Positions 11,357 to 23,300 of a DNA stretch of 36,419 nt are shown piece after piece; position 1 is the stretch's first letter, and each line of letters opens with the position of its first letter. The position numbers and the translations under genes are program-made. This stretch comes from Kipferlia bialata (lineage: Eukaryota). Below the pieces are notes generated by a model. That model made no database searches. It had not been told where the DNA came from and saw only the letters and a program-made list of their open reading frames with translations. The stretch is from contig BDIP01000028.1 of assembly GCA_003568945.1 (NCBI GenBank), forward strand, positions 1 to 36,419, in the 5' to 3' direction.

Positions 11357-14300
11357 CTACAACACTCTCAGGTTGGCCACAATACGGATGCGTCTGCTCT
11401 GCATACGGGGGGTATCAGCTGAAGGTGAGTAGAGTGTGTCAAAATAAGCACAAAGCTCCTTGAAGAAACACAACCAGATACAGATATACACTCACCATCG
11501 TCCATATCGCCATGGAACATATCAGCTGCTGTGGTGGCATTGAACCTGTCGCCTCTCTCTCCCCCTCTGGCGTCCCTCATCTCTGTGCGCTCCCCACGCT
11601 CTGTGCGAGGGTTACGAGGTGACCACAGCTGGTCCCTGGCACCCTCTCTAGTCTCAGGCCTCTGCAGCAGCCCACCCCTGGACGTGTCTCTCTCTCTCTC
11701 CCTGCCTGTGAAGTGGCGGGGTGTCTGGTGGGGTGCGTCGTGGGTGGGGGTGAAGGGGATGTGGTGGCTGGTGTCTAGGGTGGAGAGCTGCGTGGGGGGG
11801 CCGTGCTTGGGTCCCCCTCTAGCACCCATGGGGGCAGAGTCTGTGTCTGTGTCACCCCTGCCCACTCCCTCAGCCGTCCTGCCAAGGCTACTGGCACCTG
11901 ATGGTGAGGGTGGGTATACATACATGAGGGAGAGAAGACAATTAGTTACACATGAGAGAGAGTGTACCTGCCACATATGCCGATCTGACCACCGGTGACA
12001 GCGCCCTCTTCCTCTTGGATGACATGGAGAGGGTGTTGGGGACGTGCTGGGTACGCTTGGCCAGGAACTGAGACCTCTTCTGCTGGATGTACCTAAGGGT
12101 CAGACAGACTGAGGGAGAGAGAGAGAGAGAGGGAGTCTGTGGGAATTATAGGGTATGGAGAGAGAGACCCCACCTGAGGGTATGGTCCTGGGCTGGGGTG
12201 AGGTTGTCTGCCGCAATGCCCCTGGGGTTGAGGGCCATACTGCTCATACTGCCGCCCTTGCTGCCAAGGGGCAGGGCGAGGGGGTTGCTGTCGGCCCTAT
12301 CTCCCTCTCTATCCTTGTCCCTGCCGAACGGGGTGGACAGTCCAGCGTTGGAGAGCTGTCTGTGTGCATCCATGGGAGTCTGGGGGAGGGACAGAGAGGA
12401 TCCAAAGGGGTAGTCGGGGATATCCCTATCGATGGTGCCTCTTCTGCTGCCAGCGTTGCTCTCAATGGCAGACCGATCAGACATGTCGCCCCTCTTCGAG
12501 GTCATGTCAAACTCACTCTCGCTCTCCCTCTCGCTCTGCCTGTCACTGAGACTACCCTCTGTGCCCCCGTCCATGTTATCCTCATTCTCTACGGCATGCG
12601 TCACATACCCACACAGACAGCAGGCATACAGGGTCCAGCCGTCCTAGGGGTCAGGGCGGAAGAAGACGATGAAACCATAGTCCAAAATAATACTATAGAC
12701 ATCACAGCTCCCATACCTTGTTGTCGACTCTCCGGGGCTCATACCGCAGATCGTCACTGGTACTAATCATCTCATGTCTCTCGGTGGCTCTCTCCCAGTT
12801 ACTGGCCACATTGGATACAGTGGTGTGGACCCAGGAGAGGCTCTGCTGCACAACGCCAAAGCGACGGTGGAGGTTCTCACACACAAGCTGATGTCAGAGG
12901 GAGACAGAGGGAGAGAGAGAGAGAGAGAGAGGATATACCCACCTGGCAGCTAGGGCATGGACAGTCACTGTCGCTGGGGAAGAGCTCGCCGAAGTCACTG
13001 GTGGGGGTGCAGAAGCAGTTGAGACCAGCCTCCTGAGGGTGAGGTACTATATAGGGTGAAGCACAGTATTGCTATATATATATATGTGAGATGCTTGTAA
13101 TAGAACACACACACTCACATGGGCCTTCTCCTTTAGGGCAAAGAATGTCTTGCCGCACAGACACTGGTATCTGGCTGCGGCTGTCCTTCTAACAGGGGCC
13201 TCCTTGGCACAGTCCTCGGGGATGTCCTGGGGGGAGGGGGTATGTTAATGTATTTGACACTAATGATATCATCACTTCGAAAGGGGACACCGAGAGAGAG
13301 AGAGTGGTACCCACCTGAGGGAACCCTGGTCTGACTCTGAATGAGTCCCATGTGACTAGGAAGGCTAGGAGGTTGGCGGAGATGGAGACAGAGAGGCGCT
13401 TGTCCTGGGATCAGCTCTAACAGCTACATACATTCACCCTGAATACAGTACCATTATCAGCATCACCCTACCTGCACAAAGATGAGTGCCTTGACCACTG
13501 AAAGGGTCAGGGCCTCCATCACAAAGGCAAGGGCCATACCAGCTGCCACGTTGGCACCATCCTAGGGTGAGACACAGTATGCGAGAGAGTATGAGACAGA
13601 GAAAGAGAGAGAAGGAGTACCCACCTGGTCATCGACGAAGAGGGTCTTGCCACTGGCCACTGCCCCCTTTCTCACAACGTCAAACACATCCTCAAGGGCC
13701 AGGACATGCTCCTGGGGTGAGAGTATGATACATTAAGTTATCTACCAGGTCGTTATGTTAATACTAACTAGTATGGGTACCTGTAGGACCTCGAGGTTCG
13801 ACAGCTTCCCCCTCTGTGCCTGGTCACTGGAGTTGGACAGGGCCACGAGGGAGGCTGGGATGGGGTAGTACTCGAAGGGGAGCATGTCAAGACTGGGCAT
13901 GTCCTCGGGGGGGAGGGGGCCCACTACACGGGTGATGCCTGGGATAAGAGAGGGTGAATATGTGTGAATGGAAGGAGAGTGAGCGTACCAAGGGCTGCCA
14001 CTGCCTCAGGGTCTGATAGGAAGTCGAGGCCTGCGATGTACAGACACTCGATGATCTCGCTGGCCCTGTTCATCGGCTGTCTGCTGTTGATACCCAGGTC
14101 AGACAGAGGCTCATCGACCTGGGGTCAGAGGGGAGGGAGATACGGGGGAATGTGTATAGATACACACCAACCCACCTTCTTCTTGGCTGCCCTCAGCCTC
14201 TGCATCTCCCTCTCCCTATCTGGGTTCTGGGTGATCACGGCCTCGGACAGCACATTGCCCCTGGGGTGAGAACAGCACCATTTCATAAAAGATAACTGCA

Positions 14301-17300
14301 CTCTCAATGGATGGTGCTATCATCCTATGGACACCACCTGGGAGCGATGATCTCCATGGGGGATGCCACCAGTAGGCGTCCATTGGCATGTACCCCAAAG
14401 TCCCAGTGGCACGGTCTGGGATAAGGGGAGGCAAGGACAGAAGGAGGCATATATATATTGAGAGTGATGCCTACATATAGAGTGTTGGTTATGAACCCAC
14501 CTGATCTGTGGGATGGACCCATCTGTGGATGACACAACAGGTGGCTCAGACACAGTGGGTATGGGTCTAGCCATGCTGTTGATGTCTCTGCTGAGTCTGG
14601 CAGCCTCGGGGGTGAACACGGTGTCTAGCAGAAGGCGCACCCTGGGGTAAGGAGGAACATGTACAATTGTGATAATAGAGAGTGTTGATATATACACACC
14701 TTCTCTTAACATCTGACATTGTGGGTCTCCTGTTCGGGTCTCTCACGAGTACATACTCTAGGAGGCCTATCAGGGAGGGGTGGTTACCCAACATGGCACA
14801 CTTCTCGGGGTTGACAATGCGCTCACCAACGGTGGTCACTGGGGTGAGGTATATACCTGTGGAGAGGACATGAAGAACTAAACACCAGAAGGTATACTCT
14901 ACATCGCCACTTGGGAATATGGAGGGAAAAAGGTGGCATACCTCTGATGAAGAATCTGATCCAGTCCATATCGTAGAGGAGGTAGTCCCCGGTCAGTATC
15001 TCGAACAAGAGGCATCCGGCACTCCAGACGTCGCTGAGAGTGAGACACTGAAAGAAACTATTGAAAGAAATACCCTAGATACCACTGAATATAACACTAA
15101 TTATATAGTGATAACTAACCTTGGGGGTCCAGCACCGTGTGTCCTCCTCCGGTCGAAGCCTGCCTTGCCTGATGCGGCATTAGCAGCAACCAGCATCTCG
15201 GGGGACTTGATGTACTCAGTACCTGGGGGTCAGGGTTGGGAACATGGTTAGGCAATAGTATATATGTATATATACACAGTGACCCCCTCACCTCTGTTGT
15301 CTCTAGTGTAGGCATCCTCCTCACTCACAAATATCTCAGACTCGCCAAAGTCACCGACACACACTAGTAGGGGTATGTCATCGACTGTCGCTGCATCACA
15401 GTATGATGCAGGGTCCCAGAAGGCAGCCTCCTCACACGCAGTGCTCTTGGGGGCCAGGAAGACATTGTCGGCCTGAGAGTAAGGCACAGTACATACTGGG
15501 TAGAAAGCTACATAAAATGTATATACACCCTGTACCTTGACGTCGAAGTGGTTGATCTTGTTTGTGCTGAGGTTGTCAAGTACATCTAGGACAGCCAGGT
15601 AGAGCAGGAGGAGGATACGGGGGTACCGGATGAGGGAGACCTCGTGGCCTCTCCTGAAGTGTCAGAAGAATGATCATTGACTTGAGAGTACAGAAGAAAG
15701 AGCATATACACAAATACAATATGCAGTACCTCAGGAATGGAGGGAGGCCGTCCGCAGTGGGTAGAGTGGGTAGCAGGGATGGCTCACCGTTGTTGAAGCT
15801 GAGAGGTGAGTGGAATATCGTTAAACTATGATTGATATAATTATAGAGATCTCCACACTTACACCTACCTATCGACTCTCTTCTCTGTCTCACACAGCTT
15901 GAGGCGCCAACCTCTGAGGGAGCACCTGTAACGACGCATGACGACGATGATCTGCTTCTTGTAGATACCATAGTCAATCATCTGGCAGATGCCTGAGGGT
16001 AAAGGGGTCAAACTAAGCTCAGGGTATGTACACATCATGGAAAACGGAGTATTACGCGATGACTAACCTTGGTTGCCCCTGAATCTGTCCAGCACAGTGA
16101 CCTCGTTGAAAGAATCGTGTAGCACACATCTGGAGTTAGTCTAGCGTACATGTACGGTAAGGGTTCTGTAAGTGGAGGGTAGATAGGTGACAAGTTACCC
16201 CCATACCTGTCAAACTCACTGGCAGCGATGGGCATTGTCTTGACAGCCACCCTGGTACCCGAGAACAGGGTCAAAGCATCAGAGGAGTCATCTGCTACGC
16301 TGATGGCATCTGTCTCGATCCCAGGCAGGGTGCTACCGTGTAGCCTCATGGCAGAGAATGACCCCTGGGCAGGGGCCCCACTGAGAGGAGAGGGGGCAAC
16401 GGTGCTGGGACCGGTGTGGGATCTGCTCTGAGAGGCAGAGGAGCTCACAGCACGGGCACGCATGTACACGTTGGTCTCTCCAACAAACACCCTGATAGTG
16501 AGACAGTGAAGAGAAACACACTACTATAGCACTTGTATAGTACCAAGCACTCACTTTCCGAATGCGCCCTGGCCGGCTAGAGTGAAGTCGTCCACGGGGT
16601 AGATGCCCACATAGAGGCTCTCAATCAGGAGCTTGACCAGCCTCACACACCCCGGACTGCACTGGTGGGCAGCATCAAGGAGACCAGGCACAAGGTTCCT
16701 GAGGGTAAGGAAGGGGATATACCCAGATATACATGAGATCACTGCCAACGAAAGCAGATATATATAGCAGCTCCGTACTTGTTGAGCGCGTGGTTGAGGT
16801 GGTTGTAGAGGATGACTGAGGCGTGGGGGAGACCGTCCTTGGCGGGGAACTGCGACACATACAGCTTGTCGAGGGTCTGTGTCTCCTCCTTGACTAGAAG
16901 CCTGGGGGTGAGATACTTGTGAAGAATGAATCTACACACAATCCACATGACCCCTTACCTAATGATGAGCTCCAGTACGGTGGCATGCAGAGGGAGGAAC
17001 CCGTACAGAGGCCTCTTGCTCCGCTGCCTGAGGGTGTCTGCCAGCTTCGCCTTCTTCTTATCAAGCTTGGCCTGCTCGGAAGCTTGCTGGGCTTAGTAAC
17101 AAAGAGAAGTGTAATCAGTTCATCAAGAACGACTAGGAGTTGTGAGCATCCCCTACCTTGCCCGTGTCGGTGTCTGTTCTCTTCAGCTTGTTGTCCAGGG
17201 GGTGTATGCCAAGGTGGAGCTGAAAGCGGGCATTGAGGGCACCGCCTGAGTGAGAAACATGACTGATTACAAAAGAAAACTCAGCAATACAGACTAGAGA

Positions 17301-20300
17301 GTGGGTACCTGCGTTGACGGCTGTCTCGAGCTGTGCGAGTGTGCCCTCCTTCTCCTTCTCCTTGTCCCTGGCAGTCATGCACATGTCAGAGCCAGAGTGG
17401 CCTGGGGTGAGGAGGGGGGTAGCAAGGAGAGAAGATGGTACGAGAGTAACACACATAGACCTGTACCTGTCAGCATACCGGACCCCCTCCCTGACATCTG
17501 TCCCCCAAAGGACCTGGCTGACACAGACCGCGTAGACATTGCGTTCTGGACATCTGCGTCTGTGCACTTCTCCGGCACCGAGTTGAGGTTGAGGGTGATA
17601 CCCGTGTTTCTCTTGGGCTTGGGTAGGAAGAGGGGGATGTCGGACTCCTCGAGGTCAGACTCGAGGTCGTAGCCGTCGTCTGAGTCGATGTACGAGGAGT
17701 CGTTGTCTGCAAACCCGTCCAGACTGTCAGAGCTGTCAGAGCCATATGCAGAGGCAGCGGGGCTGGCACCAGAGACACTCTTGGTGTCTATGGACAGAGC
17801 TGCGGCATGTGCCCCAAACCCATCCATACTATCTGAATCTGAGTCCACGTCCATGTCACTCTCACTCTCACTGTCGGATATCTGTTCCGTGTCAGCTGGA
17901 AGGAGGGAGTCCTTGCGCTCAGGAGACAAGGCCTCAGCACCACTCGACTCGGTGTCAGACCCATCTGATGGTGAGGAGAGAGAGTGGTAGGGAAACAATG
18001 CATCGAAATCTAAGTAGTGTACACCACTCACCTGCCATAGTAGTGGACTCCTCTGTGACAGTCCCCAGGGAGAACCCATCACCATCCGAGGAACAGAGGT
18101 CTAAGGGGTGAGAGATATGATACAAAAGAGTGATAGATCCATGTCTGTCGCAACTAACTACATGCACCATATACACTCTGTACCTGAGTCACTCTCGACA
18201 TGGACCTTCTTGGTAGGTAGCACCACCCCCCCCAGGGAGGGTATGGCAAAGGCCTTGCCACCCTTGCCCTTGGTGACTGTGCTGGTGACCCCTGCATCCT
18301 TGACAGGCCCACCCTTGGTGGTGGGGATTGTGAAGGCGGGGAAGGGGAGGGCAGGCTTCTTGGAGGAGGCTGGGGCGGTCGAGGGTGCAGTGGAGGCTGG
18401 AGGCTTGGCAGCCACAGGGGCCTTGAAGGCAGAGTTCCTAAGAGGTGAGCCAAAGACAGTGGCAGGAGTACTTCTCAAGTATATATGTGTATATATAATG
18501 GGTGTAGTTGTGGCACCATACCTACTGTTCTCCATGTCAGCCTCCAGATCCACCTCATTGAGGAGGAAGGGCACCAGTCTCAGCTGGTAGAACCTGACAG
18601 TCAGCAGTAGACGAGAAGAGAATCACTACAATGGCATACATTGGATAAGAGTATTGTACGTATGTAATACACAGTTGAACCCTAACCTCCTTCTGATGAG
18701 CTCTGTGGGTGTGCGGGCAAAGGCCAGCAGTACATTCAGATGGAGACAGGCAAACTGGTCCTGCACGGTCAGAGACTGAAATATCAATCTACGCGGTTGT
18801 TGTTAGTGTATACCTTTGATATTGTGGGGGCCACGATGTCCTGCTTGACGGCTATGTTGACACTGCTCCTCTGTCTAGAGAGGGTCTTGATGGTGGGCTG
18901 GGGGCCCTGAAGGGTGAGGATGAGTGTGACAGGCAGAGTAGAAAGACAAATCAGGCACATACCCTCGCTGTGGGGGTACAACTGGCAGCGTCTGACCGCG
19001 CCATCGAGTAGAGCCTGATGAAGTGGAGGTAGTGGGTGCTGAGGAAGTGGTCGACATACCTAGGGGTGAGGATACATGACATAACAACATTCTATAACAT
19101 TGTGACTGTCACGTATACAGTGTACATGCACGCACTCTGAGTTGAAGAGGAAGGGGTTGTCGGGCAGGCTGAAGAAGGCAGTCAGGGCATGGAGACAGAG
19201 GGCAGCACTCCAGGTGCCCTTGGTGAAGTCCTGGAGGTCAATTACATATCACAAATCGTGTAGGAAAGGCTGAGTATGTAGCATAAAACCCCCCACCTGC
19301 ATCTCGAGGTACTGTGGCAGACACCCTGTCCGGGGGTTGACCAGGAAGCTGAGTCTGGAGCAGGGGTGGCGCTTCGTGTCTGCCTCCTTGGGTGCCTTCA
19401 GGGGTATGGACCCATCAGTGCCACAGTTGTCAGACACAGACACACCGAACTGGGACCACATGGCCCTGCCCTCCTCACCGGCCAGACGCGTGATGAGGTG
19501 GGGTGGGGTGGAGTTGCGGTCGAGCTTCGAGAAGAAGGGGGCGTTCGTCCCATTCTGGGTCTTCTGACGGTGAGTTGAGAGTCCACCAAGGGTATATATA
19601 GTCTCTTATGAACACATAAACTCACCAGCTTGCGACGCATGCCTGTCCTTGACAGTAGCTCTGCGATGATGGTCACGTGGTGACACAGCTGGGACCGGAA
19701 TCCCTCGACGGTGGCCATGCCTAGTGGTTGGTGCTGATAGAGACAGTGCGGATAAAGGTTGATGATATAGTACAATAGTCCAATCGTAACCAGGTATGAA
19801 GTATGAGGGAAGTCGTAACCAGGTATGAAGTATGAGGGATGTCGTACCGAGTGCATTACTCTTCTGGGCCGTGGACACCTCGTCCACCACTCTGCTGTTG
19901 AGCATGACAAGGGTGCTGTACCTGGGGTCAGAAATATATATATATCCATATTCATCGCGTAGAATATGACACATCGCATACCTCCTGAGCCACGACACAG
20001 CCCTGGGTGCCAAGACTAGCAGCTCCACCAGTGTGGCATCCAGAGACTGGAGGGCGGCATCACAGCTGGGCCTCATCCGCTCTCTCCTCAGGGTCAGGAG
20101 AGACACAGCCTGGGACTGGGTGGGATAGCGCTCATCTCCAAAGGGAAGGGCGTCACCAGCTAGGGCGTCTGGGGGTGAGGCAGGGTGTATTGAGGTATAC
20201 AATGAGATAGAAGTGTACCTAGGCACCGTAGCAGCCTGTGGGACACTATGATGTACTGGTGTCTGGCTCTGATGAGTGACTTGTCCTTGCCCTCAAGCAT

Positions 20301-23300
20301 CTCGAGGATCTAGGGGGTCAGTACAGAGACAGGGGCTATGTGGTTCATAGTATGAATCTATTACACTCTATACAATCGTACCTGGCAGAGCGTGTCGAGT
20401 GACATTTCTGCTGCCCTCAGCCTGCTAAGGGGGCCAGTGTTGGTGGTGAGGTAGTCTGCCAGTACACCGCAGAATGAGGCTAGGTCCTCCAGGGCGGAGA
20501 GAGAGTGGGAGTAGCGGGTGAGCATACGCAGACGGGTGGTCAGTCTGGGGTCAAGGTCTATTAATAATGTGTACAAATACAGTTTAATGGTCCACACCTG
20601 AACTGGAAGAGGTCCATCCTCTTTCTGACCCTGTCGAGAGTGGGCAGGACAAAGGGGTCATAGGCAGCCCTCAGGGCACGGGCGCCGGCGGCACCTCTGT
20701 TACCCACCATGGCCTCCCAGAACCTAGGGTTTAGACACATAGATACATACATGTATGCAGAAGGTAGGGACATAGACATGAATGTGTGCTCACCTGCCCT
20801 TGAGCCTCAGGTTGACTGTGGTCCATACATTGAGGAGATGCATACTGGCCCAGGCCACACCTGGGTCAGAGGGAGAGAGAGAGAGACTAGCGGGAAGGAG
20901 AAGACAGGGAGAGACGAGTATCAAGTACTTGCAGATTTGGTATATCTATATCAAACATACCTGCTGGCAGTGCGAGGGGCCTGTCATATAGGCAGTAGAG
21001 CAAAGCTAGAATGGTGTTGCTGGGGTCCGGCAGATAGGAGGAGACAATCTCTGGGGAGCAGGCCAGAACCTGGGGGTGAGGGAGTGTCAGACACATGACA
21101 ATATTCCCACATGCATACAATACCTGTGCCATGACGACTGCCAGCCCCACCAGCGTCCTGTGCTGGATGTCGGCATCCTTGATGTGCATCATGGAAGCAG
21201 TCGGCACACGGAACAGCCTGGCAGTGAGTACAGGGTATTGACAATAATACTTGTTGCTAAACATGAGGGTAGCCAATATATAGATAGAATATTACCAATA
21301 CTGCACAACTGCCAACCTGAGCATCGACCCATCCAGCACCACTGTGGCGGGTGTCTTGAACAGGTGGTGGGTGGGCTCAGCCACAGCATTGGTGGCAGAC
21401 AGGGGAGGGGTCTGGGTCAGGGACTGAGGGTGAGGTTGGGAAGAGATCATCATATACCCACAAAACATACGTTGTTCCTGGCCGACTGTCTCTGGGAGGG
21501 ACTGAGTCCGTTGAAGCCTAGGCCTGTGGGCCCAGGTGGGGAGAGGTTCAACCCCAGGAAGGGCGACATGGAGTCTTGGACCTGGGGGTGAGACACTGGA
21601 TCGTGTTAGAGACTAGTATTGTAGTAGGCATGTACCTGGGTAAGAGCGTGGACAGGGGGTGAGTCAGCATCCCTCGCCAGCACCGACTTGGCCTTCCTGA
21701 CACGTCAGAGGAAGGGAAGAGAGAGAGAGAGTGAGGGTGACATGTTACTCTGATTGACGAGTGTGTCACTGTATTCTGGGTACGGTACCTGCTGAGTTTG
21801 ATGAGGACTGGGTAGTCTCTCATGGCAGCGGTCTCTCCTAGCCGGGTGCCCAGAGACTTCAACTCGCCTGAAAGGTGAGTATGATACAAGTGATAACCAC
21901 AGTAAGATATAGATATCGTAATACTGCATAGATACCTAGTCCCATGGCCTTGAGATCGAGGACAGCCAGCATCACATCGTACAGCACGTTCCTCTCACTG
22001 TCGGAGGTGTCCTCATCATCATCTGGGGTTAGAAGGTTACATATATACTACACGATATATAGACAGGGAATGAGACAACGCACCATGCTTCGGCCTGGGG
22101 TGTGCGTCCCCTGGTGCAGCCTGATGGAGCACCCTAGGCCTCAGGATCTCTGGGAGGCGCCCTGCGACGTCAGACCTGGTCTGGCCGTTGGCCTTACCCT
22201 TGAGAATGGCATCGAAGCCTAGGGGGTCAGAGGGCAGAGTTAAGAAGACAAAGAGAGGGTATGAATATACGGATAAGGTGACACAAATAGCTATACTGCA
22301 CCCACCCTCTAGTGGGGGCACGTGCTCCGGTCTCCTGGGGTTGATGATGACCTCATCCACCAGAGGCCCACTCCTAGCTATGACCAGGCTCTTCTCCCTC
22401 CTCGCCCTCTTCTTAAGGGATCTAGAGAACCGGGGGATGGAGGCAAGGGACGTGGCGGTGGACTCTGCGTAGGAAGGGCCAGACCCTGAGGGCCCGGACT
22501 TGGCGCCGCTGATGCCTGTAGACACTGATATAGCAGAGACAGAGACGTTGGTGGTCTCGGCCCCACTGGTGGCAGAGAGAGGGGGACGGCTCAGGTCGTC
22601 TGGGGTTATGGGGTGTGGATGGAGGTGTATGATGGGACTACTTCAGACTATAGACCCTGTCTCACCTCTGAGGCCGAGTCTGGATGGGCCTAGGTCATGG
22701 TGCACTGGGGGGTGCTCACTGGGGTAAGGCCAGATGAGTGAGAGATACTAGGTACATATGCACTGTACACGGTACCTGTCCTGTAGCAGCATTGTCTCGG
22801 ATCTGATGGCAGGGAGGTCCCCCTCCAGCCTTGATCTGGGCACCCTGCCAGCTGAGAACTGGAGGGAGAAGCCGGGCACAGAGAGAGAGTCCCCGGCCTC
22901 GTCGAGTGGCTCCATGTCCACGGACTCTGAGGCAGCCCTGGAGACATATGACGGGTAGTCGCTGGAGTCCTGGGCTGATATCTGTCTCGACATCATTGGC
23001 GTGACGCCCCTAGGGTAAGCAATACATGCGGGTGACACTCACTATACACTATGTCCATCACCCATACCTAGAGTCGTAGACCGACTTGCTCCTCGACTTG
23101 CTGTGCATGTTAGAGTCTGATGTGGTCACCTCCCTAGACTCATCTGAGGAAGGGGGGGTGAGGGGAGAGCGGGAGCGGGAGCGGGGAGCGTAGTCTGGAC
23201 CCCTGTCATTAGAAAGGCACAGATACACATGGGAGACTGAGCAACACACATTAGTATGTACACAGACCCATACCTGCCCATGGGCCCCGATAGTGGGACC

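Noticed and set aside
19784..19846. CRISPR-like 29-bp direct repeats
   Set aside because: The copies are directly adjacent with no spacers, only ~2 units, inside a eukaryotic intron, and no cas genes are present.
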